Source of the DNA: Candidatus Woodwardiibium gallinarum
Lineage (GTDB): Bacteria > Bacillota > Clostridia > Oscillospirales > CAG-382
Reading direction: 5' to 3'
Length of the DNA stretch: 64,000 nt
NCBI GenBank assembly: GCA_904419545.1
Contig: CAJFRY010000006.1
Coordinates: forward strand, 26,609-90,608
Shown: one piece after another, positions 26,296-35,071 of the stretch
Position numbering within the stretch: position 1 is the first letter of the stretch
Layout of the letters: each line of letters begins with the position of its first letter
The notes under the pieces: model-generated
What the model was told of the DNA's origin: nothing
What the model saw: the letters and a program-made list of their open reading frames with translations, nothing else
Databases searched by the model: none
Program-made: the position numbers and the translations under genes

Positions 26296-27600
26296 ATGAA
26301 CGATAATTTCGAACACAACGATAGAGAGAACACCACCCCTCAAGAGACGCAATCGTCTCTTACGCCGCCGCAGGTTCCCGAGGTGCAGCCGAATTACACC
26401 TACGAATGGAACGGCGCACCTGCAAACGGACGCAGGCGGAAGAGCCGGAAAGGCATTTTCATTGCCGTGACCGCCGTCGTTCTGGCGGTGTTAACGATTA
26501 CGTTATCCTGCGCGCTGCTCTTTGCCGACGATAACGGCGGCGGATTGTTTACGCCGGGCAGCACGCAGGGGACGACAAGCGGCGGAACCGCAGGCGAGGT
26601 CAACCAGACTGTCGGGATTACCGAGGAACAGGGCGAGACCTACGACCTGAAAACGCTGTATGAAAAATGCTCGGTTTCCTGCGCGACGATCCGCACTACG
26701 GTTCGCAACGGCTATTCGATCGGCAGCGGCTTCGTGATCACTTCCGACGGCTATATCGTCACCAACCACCATGTGATTGAGGACTATGTCTCCATCGAGG
26801 TCATCTTTTATGACGGTACTGAATATGATGCCGAGCTCATCGGCAGCGACGACGCTTCCGACCTGGCGGTGCTGAAAATCGACGCAAATGACCTCACGCC
26901 CATCGAGCTGGGCAATTCGGATGCGCTTTCGGTCGGCGATCCGGTCGTAGCCATCGGCACACCGTACGGCATCAATCTTGCCGGCACGCTCACACAGGGC
27001 GTCATCTCTGGCGTCAACCGTGAAGTGACCGTTTCCTCCGGCACAGGTACAAAGACGATGCGTCTGCTGCAGACCGACTCGTCCATCAATCCCGGCAACA
27101 GCGGCGGTCCGCTGCTGAATATGCAGGGACAGGTTGTGGGCATCAACACGCTTAAGCTGAAGGATGAATATGAGGGAATCGGCTTTGCCATCCCGATGTC
27201 AAACGCAGTGGAAATCATCAATATGCTTATCCAGGACGGCGAGGTCATCAATCGGCCGGATAACGATTACGTGACCGTCTCAGCTTTTCTCAACATCACC
27301 GTTTCCGAGATCAATGACCAGACCATCGCGCTTTACCGTCTGCCCGAGGATGTGCCTGAGGGCGTTCTGGTCGTAAACATCGGCAGCCGCACCGCCGCTA
27401 TCTACCGTGCCGGCGTAGAGGTCTATGACATCATCACCGAATTCAACGGACAGGCGATTACAAGCAATGAATCGCTGAAAACAGCGCTGGCTGCCTGCCA
27501 GGCCGGTGACGAGGCAACCATCAAGGTCTACCGCATCTCGCGGGACGGCAGCACCGGCACCGAGCTGACCTTCACCTTCAAGCTCGACGCGGCACAATGA
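26296..27600 (+). CDS. htrA: HtrA/DegP-family serine protease with PDZ domain, membrane anchored
   Basis: 434 aa. TM anchor, catalytic VTNHHV, DLAVLKI, GNSGGPL, and a C-terminal PDZ-like region. Confidence 0.9.
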   Translation: MNDNFEHNDRENTTPQETQSSLTPPQVPEVQPNYTYEWNGAPANGRRRKSRKGIFIAVTAVVLAVLTITLSCALLFADDNGGGLFTPGSTQGTTSGGTAGEVNQTVGITEEQGETYDLKTLYEKCSVSCATIRTTVRNGYSIGSGFVITSDGYIVTNHHVIEDYVSIEVIFYDGTEYDAELIGSDDASDLAVLKIDANDLTPIELGNSDALSVGDPVVAIGTPYGINLAGTLTQGVISGVNREVTVSSGTGTKTMRLLQTDSSINPGNSGGPLLNMQGQVVGINTLKLKDEYEGIGFAIPMSNAVEIINMLIQDGEVINRPDNDYVTVSAFLNITVSEINDQTIALYRLPEDVPEGVLVVNIGSRTAAIYRAGVEVYDIITEFNGQAITSNESLKTALAACQAGDEATIKVYRISRDGSTGTELTFTFKLDAAQ

Positions 27601-27655
27601 TAATAAGTCCGAGGCAGCATTGCCGAGGCTTTCATATAGATCCCCGATCCGGATC

Positions 27656-27700
27656 CGAAAAACCGAAGGCGCTGCTCATTTTGCAGCGCCTTCGGTTTAT
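27656..27700 (+). terminator. terminator hairpin after htrA
   Basis: AACCGAAGGCGCTGC-tcatttt-GCAGCGCCTTCGGTT, a 15-bp perfect stem followed by TAT. Confidence 0.7.
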
Positions 27701-27715
27701 TGAACACTTTATACT

Positions 27716-27817
27716 AAAAAACTGTACAAAAACCGAGCATAAACAGATTTTGAGCTGCCTTTTGCCGAGTATAATTATATGGATTATGCAAAGGTCTTTG
27801 TATTATTGCGTTTAAGT
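27716..27817. repeat. dispersed intergenic repeat family 1, copy A (one 32-bp core unit)
   Basis: aaaaaactgtacaaaaaccgagcataaacagattttgagctgccttttgccgagtataattatatgg...attgcgtttaagta aligns with 38522-38701 and 41399-41436. Confidence 0.7.
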
Positions 27818-27826
27818 ATTTATATG

Positions 27827-27860
27827 AAAAAACTCCCCGCTGTTTTTCCAGCGAGGAGTT
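27827..27860 (-). terminator. rho-independent terminator of murA
   Basis: The minus strand reads AACTCCTCGCTGG-aaaaa-CAGCGGGGAGTT followed by TTTTTT. Confidence 0.75.
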
Positions 27861-27882
27861 CCGATACGTTGTTTCAATCCGC

Positions 27883-29175
27883 TCAGGAAACATTCGCGGA
27901 TGCACCGACATCGGCCATTGTCACACGGTGGATATCCGCGCCCACGCTTTGCAGCTTTTCCACAATGCACTCGTAGCCGCGTTCGATGTGATAAATATCG
28001 CTGATAACCGTCTCGCCCGGCGCCGTCAGCGCAGCGATGACCATCGCCGCACCCGCGCGCAGGTCGACCGCGCGGACATGCGCACTGCGAAGCGTCTCCA
28101 CACCTTCTACGATGGCAGTGCGGCCGTCCACCTTGATGGAGGCCCCCATACGGATAAGCTCCTCGGTATACTTGAATCGCCCGTCCCATACGCCTTCGGT
28201 TAATATGCTCATTCCATCCGCAAGGCAAAGCAGCACGCACATCTGCGGGTTCATATCCGTAGGGAATCCGGGGTACGGCAGCGTCTTGACGTTCACACGC
28301 CCCAGACGTCCGTGCGGAATCACAGTGACCGACTCATCATGCTCTTCAATGCCGACGCCCATCTCCTCCAGCTTCGCGGTGATCGATTCAAGGTGTTTGG
28401 GGATCACGTTGGAAACGGTCAGCCGGCTTCCGGTTGCCGCCGCAGCCATCATATACGTGCCGGCCTCGATCATATCCGGAATGATCGCATAAGTCACGCC
28501 GTGCAACGCATCCACGCCCTTGATTTTGATGATATCGGTACCCGCGCCGACGATGTTGGCGCCGCACGCGTTGAGGAAGTTGGCCAGGTCGACCACATGC
28601 GGCTCCTTTGCCGCATTCTCGATTACCGTCTGCCCCTGCGCTTTGACAGCGGCAAGCATAATGTTGATCGTGGCGCCGACGGTAACAACATCCATATAGA
28701 TATTGGCTGCCTTAAGCCCCGATTCGGTCGCATCGCAGCGCACATAGCCGCTGACCACGCTCACCTTTGCGCCGAGCGACTCAAAACCCTTCACATGCTG
28801 GTCGATGGGACGCACGCCGAAGTCGCAGCCGCCCGGACATGCGGCCGACGCCTGACGAAAACGCCCCAGCTCCGCACCGAGCACATAATAGGACGCACGC
28901 ATATTCCGCGCCAGATCATAGGGTGCGCTGCCACAGCGAATAACAGTGGTATCAATCTCAATTGTCGTTTTATTGACCATATGTATTTTGGCGCCCATCG
29001 CCTGTAAAATTTCCAGAGCAGTCGTGACATCGCTGATCGGCGGCAGGTTTTCGATCACACACTTGCCCTCAACCAGAATCGTCGCAAAAAGAATGGGCAG
29101 CGCCGCATTTTTCATCCCGCCGACCGTGATGCTGCCGGACAGAGGCTTACCACCGTTGACCACTAAGCAATCCAT
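27883..29175 (-). CDS. murA: UDP-N-acetylglucosamine 1-carboxyvinyltransferase
   Basis: 430 aa. Carries GGKPLSGSITVGGMKNAALPIL and an active-site region CPGGCDFGVRPIDQH. Confidence 0.95.
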   Translation of the reverse strand: MDCLVVNGGKPLSGSITVGGMKNAALPILFATILVEGKCVIENLPPISDVTTALEILQAMGAKIHMVNKTTIEIDTTVIRCGSAPYDLARNMRASYYVLGAELGRFRQASAACPGGCDFGVRPIDQHVKGFESLGAKVSVVSGYVRCDATESGLKAANIYMDVVTVGATINIMLAAVKAQGQTVIENAAKEPHVVDLANFLNACGANIVGAGTDIIKIKGVDALHGVTYAIIPDMIEAGTYMMAAAATGSRLTVSNVIPKHLESITAKLEEMGVGIEEHDESVTVIPHGRLGRVNVKTLPYPGFPTDMNPQMCVLLCLADGMSILTEGVWDGRFKYTEELIRMGASIKVDGRTAIVEGVETLRSAHVRAVDLRAGAAMVIAALTAPGETVISDIYHIERGYECIVEKLQSVGADIHRVTMADVGASANVS

Positions 29176-29593
29176 CAGTATATCCCCTTATATGTATATC
29201 AAATCGAAGTTAAAAACCTCGCACATTTTCTATTATAGGATACCAGCCCGCGCACAAAAAGTCAAGGGCAAAACGCCGCCGGCAGAAAGTTTTAACAATA
29301 TCAATATATGCCTATACGCCGATTGCGGTGTTAAACTTCGCGAAATCGGTCAACCCTAAATACGCGGGGAGAACGCTATGCATCATCGCGCCTCTTGATT
29401 CCGTATATGAATTTCGGGATTTATTAAAATTCTGTTTTTTATTGACTTGCATTTAATCACATGTTATGCTTTAGATAATAATATTTTGGTAGAAATTGCC
29501 TCATCTGCAAATTACGGCTATCGCCGATTACACATAACAAATCTTATGATTTGAAAGAAGGATGCTTTCGCTGCGCGAAAGCCATCGCACATT

Positions 29594-30705
29594 ATGATAA
29601 AATCAGTTTTTTCTTGCCGTAATCATTCTCTTATCTTTTGGCGCAGCACCCGCATCCGCTATGCCGGTCACATCGGACATTCCTATTTCCGACATAAACG
29701 AAACGTATTACAAAAAAGATTATATAACCTCTGCAACATCTGAAATTTCTGTATTGGCAAATAGAATACCCCTAAGCGGTTCAACTGTATCTGTTCAAGC
29801 CATATCCAACGACATTGTATTTTCAACCCCGGAATATGTTCCGAACAGCAACGACTGTTTAACATCAGAGCAGATTGCATATAATTATAGAAGAGGCGCC
29901 GCCTTTTGAAGAAATTGCCCCATACCTTGTCGAAGGCGGCGAGGACTACATAGACGCGGATACCGTATGGAACAGCTTGATGACCGAAACAGTAGCGATT
30001 TCGGATAATCGTACAAGAGTCAATCCAACAAATACAAGTCCGTATAACCGAATCGGGCTGGTCGTCGCTTGGTATGACAAAAATGAGAACGGTCAGTGGG
30101 ATGCCGGCGAGATATCCAAGGGCTCAGGTTCTTTGCAAGGCCCGGATGTTGTTTTAACTGCCGGACATGTAATCATGACGGATGGCGTATGGTCGCATAG
30201 AGTCTATTATTATCCGGCTAAAAACGGAACCGGTTCAGACGCTGCAGGCGAACCGTACGGACAGGCGACTTCTATTGCATGTTATGTCAGTTCAAATTGG
30301 GCCGTTGTCGGCGGAAACTCGAATTACGATTACGGCATTGTGGTGATCAATCGCAACATAGGCGCATTAACAGGCTACAACGGGAAAGCCTGGACCAGCG
30401 GCTCGCTGGTCAATAAAGCCGTCACGATGACGGGTTATCCCGCCGATAAGACCGGCAGTCTTTCCGAGACGATGTGGAAAATGTCCGGTACAATAAAAAG
30501 TGAAACGGCTTACAAAATTTATTACGACATTTACTCAGCCGGCGGCAGCAGCGGTTCGCCCGTTTACGACTCCTCCAATGTTGTGTGGGGTGTTCATACG
30601 TTCGGAAGCTCGCCCTACAACGGAGGCATACGGATCACGGAAAGCATATACAACTTATTGCAGACAAAGCTCGAAGAGGGCTTAAACCGGTATTACGGAT
30701 CATAA
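29594..30705 (+). pseudogene. secreted V8/glutamyl-endopeptidase-like (S1B) serine protease split over three reading frames
   Basis: Frame A: ATG at 29594, MIKSVF. Frame B (after the T6 run at 29607-29612): (F)LAVIILLSFGAAPASA signal peptide plus a pro-region, to the stop at 29907-29909. Frame C (open from 29863; TTG at 29875): catalytic domain with LTAGHV and GGSSGSPV. Both junctions need a +1 shift. The region is low in GC. Confidence 0.5.
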
Positions 30706-30711
30706 GGGAGC

Positions 30712-31278
30712 GTGTTGAAATTGAAAAAAACAATCCTCCTCACAATGCTCATATGCGTTCTTTCGTGTCTGCTGCTTGCAGGCTGCGCTTTGTCGGACGG
30801 CAATGACGCAAGCAGCGCAAACCCGGACGGTACCGAATCGCGCTCCGACGGCACGCAAGCCCAAAGTCCCGGCAGCGCAAGCGCGGAGCACATGGAATCC
30901 GCCGACGGCGTTCCGCAAGACACAAGCAGTTCGAATTTATCGCTGGCCGAGAACGCCGATTCGCTCACAATGGAGATCAATCCGTCACAAGCAGCCCTTT
31001 CCGATAAGGAGTTTCTCCTAACCTTCCGGAATTCCGAAGACACGCAGTTTTACTACGGTCTGGAATACACTCTGGAGCATTATGACGGCGGCGAATGGAA
31101 AAGCGTCGGCTTCGTGCCCGGCTTTGAAATCCGATCAGCCGCATATTTAGGCGCCGACGGCACCGAGCTGGAAATCTCGCTCGACAACCACGACTACGCC
31201 TTCGAAGCCGGACGCTACCGGGTCGCCAAAACCATTCTCGGCAAAACGCTGTACGCCGAATTTGAGATTCTCGGATAA
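30712..31278 (+). CDS. lipoprotein with C-terminal Ig-like beta-sandwich-type domain (hypothetical)
   Basis: Signal peptide with lipobox LLAGC, then a low-complexity linker. The C-terminal pattern LLTFRNSEDTQFYYGLEYTLEHYDGGEWKSV...GRYRVAKTI is present. The start is ambiguous (GTG 30712, TTG 30715 or TTG 30721), with RBS aagggag ending at 30710. Confidence 0.65.
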   Translation: MLKLKKTILLTMLICVLSCLLLAGCALSDGNDASSANPDGTESRSDGTQAQSPGSASAEHMESADGVPQDTSSSNLSLAENADSLTMEINPSQAALSDKEFLLTFRNSEDTQFYYGLEYTLEHYDGGEWKSVGFVPGFEIRSAAYLGADGTELEISLDNHDYAFEAGRYRVAKTILGKTLYAEFEILG

Positions 31279-31360
31279 TGACCGCCGAAGACTGCAAAAC
31301 CCTGCGGCACAGGGTATTCCAAGCAAGCGACAGCAAAATACGAACATAAAGATAACGAAC

Positions 31361-31403
31361 AAAAACATAGCGGCCCGGCCTGCGTCCGGTGCCGCTATGT
31401 TTG
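31361..31403 (+). terminator. terminator-like hairpin after the lipoprotein gene
   Basis: ACATAGCGGC...GCCGCTATGT stem enclosing CCGG-cctgcgt-CCGG, followed by TTG. Confidence 0.45.
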
Positions 31404-31488
31404 CCGTATGACGCAGGACGGCCTTTGCATTTCCGACAGGAATCCGGCTGTCCCGTCCCCGAAAGCACGGCCTGCACGCGATTGCCCC

Positions 31489-31517
31489 TTGACAAAGCGA
31501 AAAAAATAGTACATAAT
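31489..31517 (+). promoter_or_regulatory. sigma-70-like promoter of rnj
   Basis: TTGACA, 17-nt spacer, CATAAT, about 48 nt upstream of the start codon. Confidence 0.55.
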
Positions 31518-31564
31518 AATATGATGACTTTGGATTTTACAATTGAAAGGATATATAGATTTTT

Positions 31565-33238
31565 ATGCCAAACAAGAAAACCGAAAAGCTGCGTGTGATA
31601 CCGCTCGGCGGCGTCAACGGCATCGGAAAGAACATCACGGTGTTCGAATACGGACCGGATATGATCGTCGTCGACTGTGGGCTTGCCTTCCCGGAGGACA
31701 GCATGCTCGGCGTGGATCTGGTCATACCCGACATGTCCTATATCGAATCCAACAAGGACAAGCTGCGCGGTCTTTTCATCACCCATGGGCACGAGGACCA
31801 CATCGGTGCGGTACCCTATTTTCTAAAAAAATTTGATTCACCCGTCTACGGCACGCGTCTGACCCTCGGCATCATCGAAGGAAAATTTGAAGAACACGAC
31901 ATCAGCAGCGCCAACCTTGTGGAGGTCAAGGCCGGACAGACAATCAAGGCCGGCGTTTTCTCCGTTGAATTCATCCGTGTCAACCACTCGATTGCGGACG
32001 CCTGCGCGCTCTGTATCACCACTCCGGTCGGCCGCGTGATCCACACCGGCGACTTCAAAATCGACCTTACGCCCCTGAACGGCGAGCCGATCGATCTGGC
32101 GCGCTTCGCAGAGCTGGGCTCGAAGGGCGTGCGGCTGCTGCTGTGTGATTCGACCAACGCGGAACGTCCGGGCTACACGCCGACCGAAAAAATCGTTTCT
32201 TCTTCGCTCGACCGCATCTTTCAGGGCAACGAAAAACGCGTGGTGGTGGCGACCTTCTCGTCCAACATCTACCGCGTGCAGCAAATCATCAACGCCTCCG
32301 CCAAAAACGGGCGCAAGGTCGCCGTAACGGGACGCAGTATGCTCAACATCCTCTCGGCCGCTACGCGACTGGGATACATGGACATCCCCGAAGGGCTGAT
32401 GATCGATGTGACGGATATGAAGCGCTACAAGCCCAGCCAGCTTACACTCATCACCACCGGCAGCCAGGGCGAGCCGATGAGTGCGCTTTACCGGATGGCA
32501 TTCGGCGGCCATGCACAGATTTCGCTCGGGCCGACCGATCTGGTCGTGCTTTCGTCATCGTCGATTCCCGGCAATGAGAAGGCGATCTCCAATATCATCA
32601 ACGAGCTGTATAAGCGCGGCGTCAACGTGCTGGACGACAATATTGCCGACGTGCACGTCTCGGGACATGCCTGCCGGGAAGAACTGAAGCTCATCCACGC
32701 GCTTGTCAAGCCCGACAATTTTGTTCCTGTACACGGCGAATACCGCCATCTTGTCAAGCACGCCTCCATCGCGCGCGAACTGGGGATGCCCGAAAACCGC
32801 ATCCTCATTCCGGAAACCGGCCGCGTCATCGAGCTGGACAAGCGCAGCATGCGGTTCGGGCAGACGGTGCCCTCCGGCCAGATCCTTGTGGACGGCTACG
32901 GCGTGGGCGATGTGGGCACCTCGGTGCTGCGCGACCGCAAGCATCTGGCGGAGGACGGCATCCTCATCGTAGTCGCCGCCATCGATTTTTACACCAATAC
33001 CATCGTCAGCGGACCGGACATCACCTCCCGCGGCTTTGTTTACGTCAAGGAGGCGGAGGCGCTGATGGAAGATGTCCACAAAGCCTGCACCAAAATCATC
33101 GAGCGCTGCCTGAAGCGCGGCGCAAAGGATGTGGAAGTCATCAAAACGCGGATGAAAGATGAGTTGGCCGGTATGATCGTGAACAGAACCAAACGCAAGC
33201 CCATGATCCTTCCCCTGCTGATGGCGGCGGACCTGTGA
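31565..33238 (+). CDS. rnj: ribonuclease J
   Basis: 557 aa. RVIPLGGVNGIGKNITVFEY, metallo-beta-lactamase motif HGHEDHIGA, a beta-CASP region, and an RNase J C-terminal domain. Confidence 0.9.
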   Translation: MPNKKTEKLRVIPLGGVNGIGKNITVFEYGPDMIVVDCGLAFPEDSMLGVDLVIPDMSYIESNKDKLRGLFITHGHEDHIGAVPYFLKKFDSPVYGTRLTLGIIEGKFEEHDISSANLVEVKAGQTIKAGVFSVEFIRVNHSIADACALCITTPVGRVIHTGDFKIDLTPLNGEPIDLARFAELGSKGVRLLLCDSTNAERPGYTPTEKIVSSSLDRIFQGNEKRVVVATFSSNIYRVQQIINASAKNGRKVAVTGRSMLNILSAATRLGYMDIPEGLMIDVTDMKRYKPSQLTLITTGSQGEPMSALYRMAFGGHAQISLGPTDLVVLSSSSIPGNEKAISNIINELYKRGVNVLDDNIADVHVSGHACREELKLIHALVKPDNFVPVHGEYRHLVKHASIARELGMPENRILIPETGRVIELDKRSMRFGQTVPSGQILVDGYGVGDVGTSVLRDRKHLAEDGILIVVAAIDFYTNTIVSGPDITSRGFVYVKEAEALMEDVHKACTKIIERCLKRGAKDVEVIKTRMKDELAGMIVNRTKRKPMILPLLMAADL

Positions 33239-33948
33239 AGCGCGTACTGGTCACCGGCGGGTCGCGCGGCATCGGCGCGGCTGCGGTCCGCCTGTTTGCT
33301 GCACACGGCTGGCAGGTGATCGCCAACTACCGATGCAGCGAGGAACAGGCGCGCACGCTGGCGGCCGAAACCGGCTGCTCACTCTGCCGCGCCGATGTGT
33401 CCGAAGCGGAAGATCGTAAAAAGCTGCTGGAATTCACGGAAAACACCTTCGGCGGCATCGACGTGCTGGTCAACAATGCCGGCATCTCCCTGTTCGGCCT
33501 GTTCGATACGATTCCCGCGGCCGAGGTACGGCAAATGTACGGCGTCAACCTCACCGGCACAGTTGAGCTTTGCAGGCTGTTCCTGCCGCAGATGCTGAGG
33601 CGGAAAAGCGGCTGCATCGTCAACGTGTCCTCTGTTTGGGGCATTTCCGGCGCTTCCTGCGAGGTGGACTATTCGGCGGCAAAAGCGGCGGTGGCGGGAC
33701 TGACGCGCGCACTGGCGCGGGAGGTCGGCCCGAGCGGCGTCCGCGTCAACTGCGTTGCACCCGGCGTCATCGACACGGATATGAACAGCCAACTGACCTA
33801 CGAGGAGATGCTTGCGCTCACCGACGAAATTCCGCTGATGCGTCTGGGTACGGCGGAGGAGGCCGCGAAAGCGATTTTTTTCCTCGCCTCGGACGACAGC
33901 GCCTATATCACGGGGCAGGTGCTCGGCGTAGACGGCGGCTTTTGCTGA
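33235..33948 (+). CDS. SDR-family oxidoreductase (3-oxoacyl-ACP reductase-like)
   Basis: 237 aa. TGGSRGIG, NNAG, and the catalytic YSAAK. The GTG start overlaps the rnj stop. Confidence 0.75.
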   Translation: MKRVLVTGGSRGIGAAAVRLFAAHGWQVIANYRCSEEQARTLAAETGCSLCRADVSEAEDRKKLLEFTENTFGGIDVLVNNAGISLFGLFDTIPAAEVRQMYGVNLTGTVELCRLFLPQMLRRKSGCIVNVSSVWGISGASCEVDYSAAKAAVAGLTRALAREVGPSGVRVNCVAPGVIDTDMNSQLTYEEMLALTDEIPLMRLGTAEEAAKAIFFLASDDSAYITGQVLGVDGGFC

Positions 33949-34060
33949 AAAACGAAAAATTTCCTGCAAGAAAACAAAAAAGGACTTGCAATCCCCGCGG
34001 CTTTATGGTAACATAGAGGCGCTTTCTGGCAAAAACAGCGCAATAAAGGGGAAGTATGGC

Positions 34061-35071
34061 ATGAAAACCTACGGGATCGTACTCATCGGCTGCGGGCATA
34101 TCGGGCTGGCGCATCTGACGGATATTTACTACCGCGATAATATCCGCATCATCGCGTGTGTAGACACCAACCTCGCTCTCGCCCGCGAGGCGGCACGGCG
34201 CTTCGGCGCACTCGCCTTCGGCACCGATTACCGTCCCTTTCTGGAGCGCACGGACGTGGACATCTGTATTATTGCGACCTACACCGCCACCCACCTGCCG
34301 ATCATGCAGGACTGCTTTGCACACGGCAAGCACGTCCTCTGCGAAAAGCCGATTGCCGGCTCGCTCGAAGAAGGCGAAGCGTTTGTCCGCGCCGTCAAGG
34401 CGGCAAAGCAGAAGTGTCTCGTCGCGCACATTCTGCGCCATAATGATTCCTACCGTAAAATCAAAACGCTCATTGACGGCGGCGTTATCGGACGGCCGGT
34501 GCTTATCCGTATGGCGCAGAACCACCATACGATGAACTGGGAGCGTTATAAAAAGCTGCTGGCAGACTGCTCGCCGATTATCGATTGCGGCGTGCACTAT
34601 ACTGACGTCGCACAGTGGTTCACCGGTCAGAAGATTACCAGGGTTTGGGGCATGGGTACGACCATCGAGGCTGACGCGCCCACCTACAACTACGGAATCA
34701 TGAACTTCGAGATGGACGGCGGCTGCCGCGGCTATTATGAAGCCGGCTGGTCGAAGAACACCGCAAGCTGCAACCTCAAGGAATTCATCGGCACCAAGGG
34801 CCGTATTTCCCTCACACTGGGTGAAATGCGCTCCCACGACCGTGAAGAGGGCGATTTGATTGAGATTTACCATTCCGAAACCGGCGTTTACGAGACGATC
34901 AACAACGTCTCCGTATATAAAAATATGTATGGTCAGCTAATGACTCTCATCGATATGATCGAAAACGACGGGGACGGCGACCCGACCATCGACGAGGTGT
35001 TCTCCGCCTTCAAAGCGGCGCTGACCGCCGACAAGGCCATCCGTGAAAACCGTATCCTCACCGTGGATTGA
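34061..35071 (+). CDS. Gfo/Idh/MocA family oxidoreductase
   Basis: MKTYGIVLIGCGHIG Rossmann start and the CEKP motif. RBS aaagggg upstream of the ATG at 34061. Confidence 0.8.
   Translation: MKTYGIVLIGCGHIGLAHLTDIYYRDNIRIIACVDTNLALAREAARRFGALAFGTDYRPFLERTDVDICIIATYTATHLPIMQDCFAHGKHVLCEKPIAGSLEEGEAFVRAVKAAKQKCLVAHILRHNDSYRKIKTLIDGGVIGRPVLIRMAQNHHTMNWERYKKLLADCSPIIDCGVHYTDVAQWFTGQKITRVWGMGTTIEADAPTYNYGIMNFEMDGGCRGYYEAGWSKNTASCNLKEFIGTKGRISLTLGEMRSHDREEGDLIEIYHSETGVYETINNVSVYKNMYGQLMTLIDMIENDGDGDPTIDEVFSAFKAALTADKAIRENRILTVD

Noticed and set aside
29875-30705. Treating the 276-aa protease ORF as an intact stand-alone gene.
   Set aside because: It would start at a TTG with no RBS and no signal peptide, while a perfect signal peptide and pro-region lie just upstream in the other two frames. 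It is reported as a frameshifted gene, with sequencing error as an explicit alternative.
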